In this document: one piece after another, positions 39,005 through 51,875 of the stretch
How the letters are laid out: each line of letters begins with the position of its first letter
Position numbering within the stretch: the stretch's first letter is position 1
Assembly (NCBI GenBank): GCA_051294375.1
Contig: CM119267.1
Span: 13,755,326-13,819,325 of the forward strand
Source of the DNA: Paraspadella gotoi
Lineage: Eukaryota; Animalia; Chaetognatha
Length of the DNA: 64,000 bases
Direction of reading: 5' to 3'
Made by a program: the position numbers and the translations under genes
Notes under the pieces: model-generated
The model's database searches: none
Seen by the model: the letters and a program-made list of their open reading frames with translations, nothing else
Told to the model about the DNA's origin: nothing

Positions 39005-39192
39005 TATAGTAGTACTCTACTACAAAAGCTATCTAAAAGTGGCCGAGCGGGCTAACGCACCATTCCAATCTTTATTGGCGAAGCATGACGGAGTGATATA
39101 AGGCAGCCACTGAGGGCCCGAATTATTACGATGCTGCCCGCCTCCAGCATTACAAGTGTTCCCACCGTTGCTAGGTTAGCTCGTTTCCGTAG
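39005..39192 (+). mobile_element. Decayed relative of the tRNA-head/twister elements
   Basis: 5' hairpin TAGTAG/CTACTA and a tRNA A box GTGGCCGAGCGG. Then TTGGC gaa GCAT GA CGG agtgata TAA ggca GC cactg AGGG C CCG AA: a twister relic with most of P3 deleted and L4 truncated. No clean TSD; boundaries approximate. Confidence 0.5.
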
Positions 39193-39988
39193 CATTTCCA
39201 ATCCGAGCCATTTTGTAAGCTAAAAATTTACCAATATCAAATTACCTGTTAATACATTTAAGGTTAAATACTATGCAATTGTAAAAATTGTACGGTATTT
39301 TTACAAATTTTGCAATGTACACAAGTTGGCTACTTACAGTTGCATAGACGTTTACTCTTCCACAAAAAATATTTATTACCACAAAAATATTAGTTTACCT
39401 TAATTTTCAGCTTCATGAACAGCGGTTTAAGTCAGATTTGAAATAATTTGCAAAATTGGAAGTAAAACGATGAATCATGCATCTTCAAACAATGTTTAAC
39501 AACGGGAATAGATTCTGGTCACAAAAAAGGGGTACCTCATTTTATAATATGAACATTCTGTACTCTTAATTTTTACCTCTCCTAGGATGAATCTTGTTTT
39601 GGATCGAAGTGCTTCTATTTCGATGAAAAAGAAAGCTCGAAGGTTTTCAACTCACGCGCATCGACCAACTTGAGCGAGATTTTTCAGCTATCGCCGATTT
39701 TGGAACAGCAGGCAACAATTACAAAATAAACGCGGACTCCGATGTGTGCGGTGTGTTTCAAAAATAGAATGAACTTTTTCTTGGAAAAGTTGCTTTACGG
39801 GTCGAACTTTGCTAATAATTACAAAGAAGGATATTTTATTATTTTCATGACTGTCCTCTCGCTTCTAGACAATTTCTAATTGTTTACTTGGCAAAAATTA
39901 TTTAATACTCATCGGGTGGTCATGAAAAAGATAAAATTTTGTTTTAGTAATTATTATTATATTTATGAAATGTTATTTACTACAACAG

Positions 39989-42900
39989 TGGGAGAAAAGA
40001 TATCAAACAATGGATGAAACGTCAAATTTTGAAAGGAAACGCAACCAAATTTGGAAAAACTTTGTCGAAAACATCAAAGTTAGTCTAGAGGATATTGTGG
40101 CCGAGGCTGAAAAAAAGGTACGTTACATAAGTAGCCATAGCCAATAAAATTTAAATGCTAATGTATACAGCGTTAAAATAATCTATCATGAGCATAGATT
40201 ATGGTTTTAAAATATTTTTTGTCATAAATGTTTTCTTCTGAGGGTTCTAGTCTAATTAAAATTATTATATTACTATATAGAGAAAAAAATTTGTAATCTT
40301 AAATTTTTTTGATGGATTCTGATAGAGCATAAAAAGCTAATAAAGTTAAAAATGCTTACGTTTTTTAAGTGAAAATGTAAAAAAAAATAAAATCATTGAA
40401 AGATAATTATGACGATTTTTTATAGTTTTTCCTTTTTTTGACTCACTTATCATTAAAGAGACAATTTGAGTATTTTTTTAAAAAACAATTTACAAAAAAC
40501 AAAACACTCGCTTATCATAAAAATATTTAAAAAAAAAATTATACTTTGTGTAGACAACTTTTTATGAGCTATCTGAATCTGGTCTTAAAATTTAAAAATT
40601 CTAAAAAGATTTTTTTGGCTTTTCCTATCCATAAATAAATATTAAAAAATTACTAGGGTATAGAGCCATATAATATATTTTTTGTCCATTGAAAGTATAC
40701 TTAAAAATGAATAAATTTTTGTTTAAACATGTACTCCAAATTATTGACTCACCCCATTGCGACCCCTAACATAAGAAAATTTTTCGTGGGTATTTTGTAC
40801 TAAGTTTTGCTTGTCCTCATAATACCTTGAACATTTAGATTTTTTTGGTCCTAGGAATTGGTTCTTAGGAATTGGTTCATTCTATAAAGTTTGTACTGAA
40901 GAGACATAGGAAGATTTATTTTGGGAGATAAAACTGGGACAAAAATCAAGAGTGAATTTTACAGAAAATATTGAGAGATAGAGATAATAAAACCGGTGAG
41001 AGAGAGCGAGAGAAAAAGAGAGATTTAAATATATTCGGCCAAAACGACTGGCCAGTGGATCGGCGAGTTGTCTTCCACACATCCCCCCCCGGCGTGGCTG
41101 ATCAACTTGATTGGGAGGAAGATTGAAATCTGTTGTCGGCGCGACGCAGACAATTCCGCAATTCCCGGTTCTGAGGGAGTTCATGGTTTCTTTTAAGTTT
41201 TCCAACTTGGATTCGAGAGTCTCTATTTTGGGGCAAAGGAGATGTCACTAGAGTTGGTTTGGGAGATTTTTGCGATTCTGCATCCATCATCATTGATGAC
41301 GTTTGTGTTAAAACATCATGTTTTTTATCTCACCAAATTTTGTCACCATTTTTGTGACACATTTTTTCTTTTTGTGAACGATTGGACCCTGTTAATCTTC
41401 TTAAGTTAACGTGGCGAAGCTTACCCATGCAAATTTTTATTATATTTTTTAATCTGAGCCAAACTTAAAGCTTTATATTAATAATACTGCATGCGTTTGG
41501 TTCTACCAGACTTCCTTTACTTTTACCATAACCCTCATAACCCTAAAGGCAGTAAGAAGCAGACTCGTGGTGGCGAAAATCTATAACAAAATTTTGTACT
41601 TCTTGATTTGTCCGTTAATCTATATAGCCAAAAAATATTAAAAATGATTATAATTATATACCAAATGATAGCTGAAAAAAAGATCTTACTCTCTGATCCA
41701 TTATTTCATAATTTTAAATTTAAAAAATATAAATTTTAGATCAATCAATTTGAAAACTAAAATGACAAGTTTTTTTCCACTTTTTCAAGATTTGACTTTT
41801 TTTTACTGTATTACTCCTGTGTTGAGGCAAAGAATAAGGAAAACATTTTAAGTTAAGTCATGATATTGCAATCATATATGTATATTTTAAAACAGTTTGG
41901 ATTACAACTTCTGTACACTAAACATTTTTATTTCTTAAAAAAATAGGAAAAAAAGATTTTTGAAAAAAAGATTTTGAGCATTAAGAATTTTAGATCTTGA
42001 AATAAAGAACGAATTTTGAATTTTCAAAAAAATCAGCTTCTTGCTATTTGATTTTGCTACAATCTGATTTTTTTCTTTTTTTGATATCTTTTATTTTAGA
42101 GTAGAAATAAAATTCTCAATGAGCATCGGTCACTTCATTTTTTTCTGATTTTTAAAAAAAGATTTAATATTTTTTTATTTAAGTTAATATTTATACTTTT
42201 ATGAATAAAACAAAGGGGAGATGAATTGGAATGGTAAAAGTATAAGTAAGGAGCTTGAAGAAAAGGTAAGTTAAGAATGAAAGATCAAAAAAAAAACCAG
42301 AAATAGATTGAGAGAGAAAAAGATGAAAAAATTAAGAGGGATATTGAGTGAGAAAAAGAAAGTTATTGTTGTTATTATGTTTATACTTATTATTGTTATT
42401 ATTATTATCTATTTTTACTTTTTAAAATTATTTTTTATTTTCTTTATTTAAATTTATTTTTATCAGAATGATTTTGTCCAAACTTAAGATTAAGCTCGAA
42501 TCAACCTCTTTTCTGGCCACACACAAAATTTGACACAAAATTGACTCCAAGTGAGCGAACTTATTCTTTGAAGCCGACGATCCCGCGCGGGGTAAGGCCG
42601 CTTCGACGCGCCTAATCCAGATTCGATGTTGGCGGTCGAAATCCGTAAGATCAGCTTTCGGTTCGACGCTCTCTTCCAACGCGCGTTCGCGCTGCCCAAA
42701 GCCGCGCGCGAAAGATCATCGTTTTCGCTCTTAATTCCCTTTCGGCGGCAGCCGCATGCGCAATGACGGCGTCGTGAAGTTCTCAGCGCAGCGGGTGGAA
42801 GCTGATACGAACTTGCGGCGGCTGTGGCGTATATAGGCGACGTACCATCTCGATCGCGTCCTCTCCACGAAGCCAATAGGATCTGGAGCGTCGCGGCGCT

Positions 42901-45900
42901 CGGCCCGTGGCTCGTCGGCGTTCGCGTTTGAGATGACGGAGGCGGTTGACGTAGTCGGGGTCCGCTCATCGGTCCTCCTCTCGCCGATGTGAAGTCGATC
43001 GCGGATTTGGGAAAAGTTGGGGCAATGGAAATGTGTGAGAAAACGGGTGATTCACACTTTAATTCCAATTCATACACCCGATCTTACCTCAGAGATGGTG
43101 ATTTTCGTCTTGCCCGGTATCGAAGGTTGGTTGACGTCCTTTGTCGGGATTACATGTGTAGGCAAGGTATCGGGGAAGCCGTTGACCTTGTCACGGCGGG
43201 ACTCTGATGACCGTGGACAAGAACGTAGAGGCTAAGATGATTAGAGCAGATTTTAATCTCGCTCATTGCAGGAAAGTATAACGTTGGATTTGATTACTTG
43301 TTAATGAAGAATTTACTTTTTGTGAGACAAAGTTTTTCTCTACTTATCAATGTAGTATTTACATTAGAGAACGTTGATTAAGAAACAGTGAGTAATTTGA
43401 TAATCAGTTTATCAATTCAAAAGGGAAATTCAGTCTGATCATTTAAAAAGATCCATAATTAAAAATTCAAGTTATCGTCATAAACATAATATCAAAATGA
43501 ATACGAAATAGTCCCCAAAAGTAGGACTATACAAGTGAACGACCCTCGAAAATCTTCATAAAACAAAAGTCATCATGGGAATAGGATATTTACAGACAAT
43601 TAAAATTGACCCATCTTTATGTCCTGATTCATCGTGCCCACAGAAGTCGATACCTGAGTACAAAACTGCTTCTCATGCATTCAGCTCCACATCAGAGGGT
43701 TCGCACTCCCGAATAGCCAATAAAGATTCTCGTCAAATGTGCGATGTATACTAAGAAGACTCTGAAGTGGCCCAGCACAGAGGCAATACTCCTTGTACAC
43801 GCAGACAGGACTAGGATTTAATTTTTTGGTAATTCTTTTTATCAACATCAGATGATAACAAATCACCAGATAAAGCCCACACGTAATTCTACTCTACACA
43901 ACGAAGACCCGGAGGACAGGTGGACAGATAAAAACGAGGACACAACATGAGGTTATAAAATACCTGGACGATTATCCTAAAAAATTTAAATAGCATCTGA
44001 TCCATAATATCTAGATCAGCGAACAGCACATTCCACTAATCCCTCACTCAAACCAGCCAACGATCCGACCCTATATCACTTCACCCGTCTGCGTCGTAGC
44101 GCGAACTCCGCGTCCGCACCCCCTCCAACTAGCTCCGTCGGGCATCCAATAGCAAGAATCGAGTACGTGCATGAAATAACCAACGCGAAATTAGACTCAA
44201 TCGAACGCACAAAAAGAAATGCGCCGCGGCCCCTGAGTCCGTTGCACGTGCCGGCGATCCGACGGCGTCGTTCCGGTGGCAGCCCGCCTCGCAGACGAAA
44301 GACGCATAAGAACGAAGATAAACACGATACGGCGAAGCTACTCCGATACTCTGTCCACCCGACCTTAGCATAAGAAAGTCAACATCGACTTAGCCAGCGA
44401 GGACGCATGGCGATGAGAATAATAGAGTGTTATGTAGATGGGTAGGAAGAGTATGAGTGGAGCGTGACGATAGATAGAGCGAATGTTCACAGAATGGAAA
44501 TCGAGAACAAATATACCCCAGTGAAAAGAGATCGCTCTAATAACAGATCGACGAACAAAAAATACATTTCACTATTTGAACAGCAATTGCTCATGAGTGA
44601 ATGCGGCGATTGACCTGGAATTTTGTATGTGGGTAGGAAAGTGTGTGATTGAACAGGAAATCAAGTTTCGATGGAATCATTTGAGTGGAAATGAGTTTAA
44701 ATGGAAAAAAACAAAAAATCTGTTTCACAAATTGATTATGCTTCTTTTTCTTTTTATATTAAATGTATATGTAGGATGTATTAATAAATTAAATAATTAA
44801 TCAGTTAATCAATCTGTCCATCCGTCCTACCTTAGCCAAAAGCTCCAATAACTCGTGATTACCTGGTTGAATTGGAATGAAATTTGTGTGTGGGTAGGAA
44901 GTGTGCGATAAAGCTGGATATAAAGTTTGGATGAATCGTGTGAGTGGAAAAATAAGTTTAAATGGAAAAACATAAGTCGCATTTACTAAAATCTTTTTAC
45001 TTATTTTAACCAATAAATACTCTAATTAATCATAATTGGATAGATAGATTGAGTACAAAATTTTGTGTGTGGGTAGGAAGTGTGTGATGAAGCTTGATAT
45101 AAAGTTTCGTTACGAGTGGAAATGAGTTTAAATGAAAAAATATGAGTCACATTTACTTGAATCTTTTTACTTATTTTAACCCATAATAGATTGAGATAAA
45201 AAATTTTGTGAGGGGTAGGAAAGTGTGTGAAGAAGCTAGATATAAAGTTTTGACGGAATTGTGCAGTGGAAATGAGTTTAATGGAAAAACATAAGTCACA
45301 TTTACTTGAATCTTTATTATTTATGATATTAATAAATGTTTTAATTAATTAATTAATATGAAAAAATGATGCAATTAAAAAAATTATGCAAGTTGAAAAA
45401 ATGATGCAAGTTGAAAAATCTTAAAAGCATAGGATCGTCGCAATTTCAGAGAGAGAGAGAGATAAAAACGAAATAAAAACATGATGTTGTGATAGCAAAA
45501 TGATAACATGCACAAATGCGATGCTTAATTTTACGAGTTCAATCTTAATTCAATTCTTTTTTTAATAAAAAGCCAGAGGAGAGAGAGAGCGGCAGCAGCA
45601 GAGGCAGCCAGAGAAAATTAAAGAAATCAAAAGGCAGCAGTAGAAGCAGCAGGAGAAAAGAGAGAAAAAGAAAAAGCCCCTACAGAGCCAGCTGCAGACT
45701 GGTTTTTTTTCCCGATGAATCAGCACTAAAAATGATTATTAAAATGATGCGAATTGAAAAAATGATGCTAATTGAAAAAATGATGCGAATTGAAAAAATG
45801 ATGCGAATTGAAAAAATGATGCGAGTTGAAAAAAATTTTTTGAAAAATTCTAATTTATCATCTGATTAGCTAATTACCTACTATTTTTGTCTTCTACAAC

Positions 45901-48756
45901 CGCTTAATTATTGTAGGCAGATCCGACATTGTTTGCTCAAACTTGTTTTTAATTATTCTATATTTAGTCATATCCTAACTACCAAATATTATTTTGCATT
46001 GATTTTTTTTTCATATATAAAGAAAACCATAATGTTTCATATAACCTATTCAGAGATGACAATTTCAATCACCAATTTTTTTTTATGGCTGCATAGTGCA
46101 TACACTACGCCACGCTAACTGGGAATCGTTGACCCTGGTCCTTGTAACAGAACCTTTGTAATACCTTATGGGTCCATAGTTTATATTATTGGTCAAAGGA
46201 GTTAGCACCGAGATGAACAAATTCATGCAAAAGTAGGGTGAACTCGATTTTAACTTTTATCTGGCAATGCGACTTAAATAGAGGAAAAAAAAAATCGAAA
46301 AAAAGAGGGGAAAAAAATTGTACAATTTCAGGGTTTAATCACTAAAGTGATTTACAATAAATAAGCTATTGAAGAGACAGTAATTATTGTTATGTGTTAG
46401 TGACAGAACCATTCAATATAAGCAGTCCCTGAGCTTCGGATCAGGCTGTAACAACGTGTAACAGGCGGGTTAAGCGGCCCGTCCCTCTAAACTGGTAGGC
46501 GACCACCGGGCTAGAACCCCGGATCTTTGAGTTGGGAGGCGAATGACTTGCCTCCGGCACCAATGGCCGCTGATGAACGGTTGGTGGATTTTAGTCCACC
46601 ATACTATCTTGCCTTCCAGCTTTGGATAATGGACACATTGGACAATAAAAGGATTGGAATGGCTGCAATTAGCTTACTCTTTTAAAAATCGCCTACCGAC
46701 AGCATTGTTCGAGCTTAAGACTGACCATATGAGTATTACATTTGTTTCTTCTTCATACAGATTAATGAAAATGACTATGAGGAAGCCGGAATATTATACG
46801 ACGCCGCCGGGAAGAGGATTGAGTTGAAGAAAATTATACTTCCAAATGCTATGGAAGTAGATTCGCTTTGTAACTTCGTACAAATTCAGATGAATTTTAT
46901 GATAAAATCTGGGGAGGCTTTACTTATTCATCTTGATCGAATGGTAACCAGTTTGAAAATATCAGTTTACTCTTGAAAATTCGCCCAACTTTCCATTTTG
47001 TATTTTTAGGAAGATGATTTACTCAAAGCAAATTTAGACGCATCCTCCGAAAAAACCTTCAACGAATATAGCATTATTTTACAATTTATTCGTAAATTGC
47101 TTTGCGATGCCACCAACACTCGCAAGTCTCAGTATGCCGATACAATTAAAGATTCTCTCAGGAGCGCGGAAGTTCTTTTGATGCAGTCATACTTCAAGCC
47201 TAAATTCAACACTAAGCAAGAAAATGTGCTCAACTATAAACTTTGCACGCGAGCCATCGACGAATTTTTTGATACTTATGGCGAAAATTTCGGCGATCAT
47301 TCTCACGAGATTTGTCTCATCATGCAACAACTTGGACATCCAAAGTACCGCCAGTTTTTGGAAAAACAAATTAGTTTTGGCGAACTGCGTTACCCGGACA
47401 ACACTCTTATTGTAGATCCATATGGTTTTGCGTGCTTCAAGACCATCAATGAGGCGCTCAAATTTGTTCTCAAAGAGGCTATGTTCCTTCTTGTTCGGTC
47501 GCTCTTAAAGATGGAGGAAAACCCGACACGGACTCAATACTCTATTCTTGTCCAACCAGAAACTTATGAAAATGATCTTAAACTTGTCATGCCAAAGAAT
47601 GTGGATATTGACATCGTCGGCAATGTTGGACGCTATGATTATTATGGGTTTAATAAAAATTGCGAAAAACCCCCAGCGGCCGTGGTTCGACTCTCTCGAT
47701 CAAAAATCGAAGGAATGGACCGAAAATCATTAGTAACCATTTTGGAAGGTCGTAATTCTAATCTCAGATTGGCAAGGTAAGGTTTGTTTGCTTTTAGTAT
47801 CTAGATCGAATATTTTTTTTTAAATTTGCCTTTACCCCATCAGGTTAGAGATTTTTGATGTCACGGATCTTAATGACAGCTCTATTTTAATCGATCAAGG
47901 ATCATCAGTGGAAATTAAGGAATGCCTCTTAGTCAGTACTGGAGGGGGCTTTGTAGTCTCGGCTAAAGGATTTAATACAGATTTGAAAATTATTTCCTGC
48001 GCCATTGAGGAAAGCCACAAAGCTTTCAGCATTAATAACAGTGCTAAGCTTTATCTCATGGGCAGTCGATTAGAAAATATTGGAGAGGATGGTTGCATGG
48101 TGAACGAAAGCATTTGTCACATAACTAATTCAAAATTCATCAATGCCAAGAATATTAAGTTTAGCGGTAAATCTCGAGGCATTTTTAACGATTGTAATTT
48201 TCATGGAGAATGGAAAAAAAGTGTAAACACTAGCTTAAAGGGAAGCATCTACAAGTGCTTTTGTCTCGAGGACGCTGCCCGGGTTTCCATACAAAATTGT
48301 ATTGTCTCAGATTACGAAGTGGCAGTTTTCGCCCTCAACCCTGAAAACCATGTGGCTTTGGGCCATACTAAGATTTACCAATGCAAGGTGTGTGCAGAAA
48401 TTTGTGAAAATGCCGGCGCTACTTTGCGGAACAATGAAATCAACTCGGATATCATCCTTGGCGTTTTTGGAAATTCCCAAGGGAAAATTGTACTGGAACA
48501 CAACAAGTCGGTCCAACCTATGGCCATGATTTTGGTAGACGAAAAATCACGGGCCCCGCTTATGATTGGGCCTCAATACGAGGTCATGTCGGTAAAGCTG
48601 GATGATCAACAGATCGAACAAGAAGTTCCCCCACAGCCTGTGAAGGAAGAAGTTCAGACGGAAAATAGTTTAACTTCTACGCTAGACCCTCGGGTATCTC
48701 AGTCAAAAAGAGATAAGAAAAAACGCAAAAAGAAAAAAACCATTGCTCATGAATGA
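39989..48756 (+). CDS. Uncharacterised protein: TPR-like helix followed by a right-handed parallel beta-helix (pectin-lyase-like/PbH1) domain and a basic C-terminal tail; 5' end unresolved
   Basis: Phase-consistent exons 39989-40117 (tentative), 46761-46943, 47010-47776, 47844-48756. The first junction reads IVAEAEKK/INENDYEEAGILYDAA (TPR-like). LIVDPYGFACFKTINEAL...ILVQPETYE resembles a beta-helix N-cap. Periodic I-x-N/D-C repeats in the last exon; KRDKKKRKKKK near the C-terminus. Confidence 0.75.
40875..41300 (-). mobile_element. LTR retrotransposon 3' relic: polypurine tract and start of 3' LTR
   Basis: Minus strand G-run PPT (GGGGGGGGA) directly followed by TGTGTGG at ~41082, then a TATA-like TATATTTAAA and AATAAA. 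Confidence 0.5.
42540..43235 (-). mobile_element. Ty3/Gypsy 5' relic: LTR-like segment, leader and frameshifted gag N-terminus
   Basis: LTDFD..WIRRVEAA..RAG...NKFAHLES resembles the Gypsy gag N-terminal motif (W...VEA.F...GI....KF..L). The LTR-like segment ends ..ACTTCACA at 42988, followed by a degenerate PBS-like TCGGCGAGAGG. Confidence 0.6.
46370..46603 (-). mobile_element. Solo-LTR-like/TRIM element, family B copy 2, twister at 46421-46496
   Basis: TSD CTAT (46366-46369 / 46604-46607). Same TGAAG...CCATA ends as 25168-25399; twister core GA CGG / UAA / GC / U CCG AAGC retained. Confidence 0.87.
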
Positions 48757-48981
48757 ATCCAAGACAAGTAATCCACGAAATATTATTTTACGATCTTTCG
48801 CGTGTCTAGTATGAGAGGCAAGTTGCATCCCTGATGAGTGATGGATTCGACATGGGAAGTGTTAATGCTTTTTATCTGACAGATTTATTTTTTGTAATCC
48901 TTTGGTTTTAAACACTTTATGTAACTTATATTATATATATAAAATATATATATAAATATATATTATAGTTACCAGGTTAGA

Positions 48982-49120
48982 TCAGGGATGCTGGAGGCGC
49001 TAAATTTCGCCCGCCTCCACTCCCCGCCTCCCGAGATCCCCTCGCCTCCGGTTTTGCGTTCGCCTCTCAATTTTTTAGCCCGGATCGCCTCCGCGTTCGC
49101 CTTTTTAATGCCTCCGGCTT
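48982..49120. mobile_element. hAT-like transposon end with subterminal CGCCTC repeats
   Basis: CAGGGATG start followed by about 8 (C)GCCTC(C)-like motifs, typical of transposase-binding arrays; partner end not found. Confidence 0.45.
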
Positions 49121-51136
49121 TTTGTTAAAAATGTATTTATAGTTTTGTATTTGATATTATTTTTTTTTAATTCAGATCAATGGGTCATGAAAAAACTTTC
49201 CATTTGTTTTGTTTAAAATTGATAAATAAATAAATAAGTTTTTTATTTTTAAATGTATATGTTTTAACTTTTTTCAAATCTTTTTAACAAAAAATATATT
49301 TTAAACAATTTTTGCAAGACATTTTAAGAGAGAAAGAGAGAGAGAGATATAATGAAAGAGAAAAAAAAAGAAATAAAGAGAGAAAAGCATAAAGCTTCAA
49401 AAAATACTTAGGAAAAGAATATTATTAAGAATAAGGACAAGCTTTATTCTTATATGATTTGATTTTATTTCTTTTTATCCACTCTTAATCTCTTCTGTCC
49501 TTAAAAAAGAATAGTAAAAATTCTAATTTTAATTTTAATAAAAATTCTAAAAGTAAAGAATAAACAACATCGTACTATGAATAAATTGAATATTTATTAT
49601 ATAAAAATTGTATTATAAATTTTGCCATTTTTGTAGTAAGCAATATTTATGAATAATATTTACCCAAGACATAAATTGAGAATGGGGGGGAAAAATCTGT
49701 CCTCACTTCTATACGGTACCCTAGACACCCCATAAAAGAAAATAAAAATAACCCATTTTTGAAACAAAAAATAAAAAATGTTTTTACTACATCGTAGTGA
49801 AGTCAAAAAATTATGATTCAAGCAAGTTTTTTTTAATTGAATTTTAAAGTTTGTTATAATTTTTTATACAAAATGAGAAATTAATTAACGACTTTGTCAT
49901 TCTTTGTCAAATTTAACTTTATCTATATCAATCATTATCTACTAAACGAAAGCTTTAATTTGAACCCATTCTCATAAGCCTACGATTATTTGTTCTCAAG
50001 TTATTAATGAATAACTCAATTTATTGTAAAAATAGTAACAATTTGGTAATTAGTATATGAAAGACTTATTCATTTCTTATTTAATAAAAAACTATAGAAA
50101 TGTAACATAATATGGTTTAGATAAACCTAATTTTAAATTTTTCTTCAACAAATAACTACAAATAACTAGTATCCTTTCTTAATGCTTGGTTGGAAACCTT
50201 TCTCTCTCTCCTTTTTTTCTCTTTCGCTCTCTTTCCCACTCTCCCTCTTTCTTTCAAAAAATCGGTACAATTTTCATTACTCTGTTTTTTCATTTTTTAT
50301 ATATAGCATAATTTATCATTCGATGTTTGGATATGATGACTTACCGACAAGATTTTGGAGTGGGATCGATGGACCAAAAAAGTGAATCATAAAGCCAAGA
50401 TCTATAATAAGCAGATCCAGCTAAAAACAAGTTTGAGCAAACAATGTCGGATCTGCCCACGATCATTATCGGTAATTAATTAATTAATAATTATATTATT
50501 TAAGTTAATTAATTAGGCAATTAATTAATTAATTTGATCCCAAATGTTTGTTTTTAGGTCTTTTCGTCACTAACCATGACAAAAGCAATAACGACGATGA
50601 GAATTATGCCAATAAGGATTGACTTAATTGATTGATTAATTAATTATTGATTAATTGACTAATTGATTAATTAACTGATTAATTATTTGATTTATTAATA
50701 CATATAATAGGAAAAAGAAGCATAATCAATTAGTAAAACAGGTTTTTTGTTTTTTCCATTTAAACTCATTTCCACTCAAACAATTCCATCGAAACTTGAT
50801 TTCCTGCTCAATCACACACTTTCCTACCCACATACGAAATTCCAGGTCAATCGCCCCATCCACTCATGAGCAATTGGTGTTCAAATAATGAAATATATTT
50901 TTTTTGTTTTTTCCATTTAAACTCATTTCCACACGGACGATTCCATCGAAACTTCATATCCAGCTCAATTATCGGGAAAAAAAAGCGTCTGCAGCTGCTT
51001 CTGCTGATTCGAAAACGATTTGGGCTCTGCAGGGGCTTTTTCTTTTTCTCTTTTCTCCTGCTGCTGCCTTTTGATTTTTTTTTTCTGGCTGCCTCTGCTG
51101 CCGCCGCTGCTGATTCGTCCGATAACGATTTGGCTT

Positions 51137-51640
51137 CTCTCTCTTTTTTTTTTCTCTCCTCTCTCTCTCTCTCTCTTTCTCTCTTTTTTTTCTCTCTTTT
51201 TTTCTCTTCTCTCTCTTTTTTTTCTCTTTCTCTCTCTTTTTTTTCTCTCCTCTCTCTCTCTTTTTTTTTCTCTCTCTCCTCTTTTTTTTTCTCTCTCTCT
51301 CTCTCTTTTTTTTCTCCTCTCTCTCTCTCTTTTTTTCTCTCCTCTCTCTCTCTTTTTCTCTCTCTCTCTCTCTTTTTTCTCTCCTCTCTCTCTTTTTTTC
51401 TCTCTCTCTCTTCTTTTTTTTCTCTCTCTCTTTTTTTCTCTCTCTCTCTTTTTCTCTCTCCTCTCTTTTCTCTCTCTCTCCTCTCTTTTACTCTCTCTCT
51501 CTCTCTTTTTTTCTCTCTCTTCTCTCTTTTTCTCTCTCTTCTTTTTCCTCTCTCTTTCTTCTCTCTCTCTCTCTTTTTTTCTCTCTCTTTTTTTTTCTCT
51601 CTCTCTCTTCTTTTTTTTTCTCTCTCTTCTTCTTTTTTCT
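51137..51640. repeat. Pyrimidine-only (CT/T)n tract within an interspersed repeat also seen at 9100-9420 and 45430-45720
   Basis: About 500 nt almost entirely C/T, flanked by shared GCTGCTGATTCGTCCGA motifs. Confidence 0.9.
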
Positions 51641-51875
51641 CAGGGGCTGCGTCTGCTGATCAGTTTATTTGACAATGAAAAAGTTTTCACTGCTGCTTCT
51701 GCTGATTCGTCCGAAAACTATTAGTTTAAAAACATTAACTGAATAAATAAGAGAACACCGTATGTATATTTTTTTTATCTTACATTAATTAAAATTTTAA
51801 TGTTTTTACTAGTAGGTGATTAATAAATCGCAAACCTCGCCAAAATGCTTTCGGCAAAATAACTTAGATGAAACT

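Noticed and set aside
48828-48860. CTGATGAG motif in the 3'UTR of the beta-helix gene
   Set aside because: No stem II-GAAA or pairing stems.
50866-51724. 268-aa and 234-aa hydrophobic ORFs
   Set aside because: Open only because the CT tract lacks stop codons.
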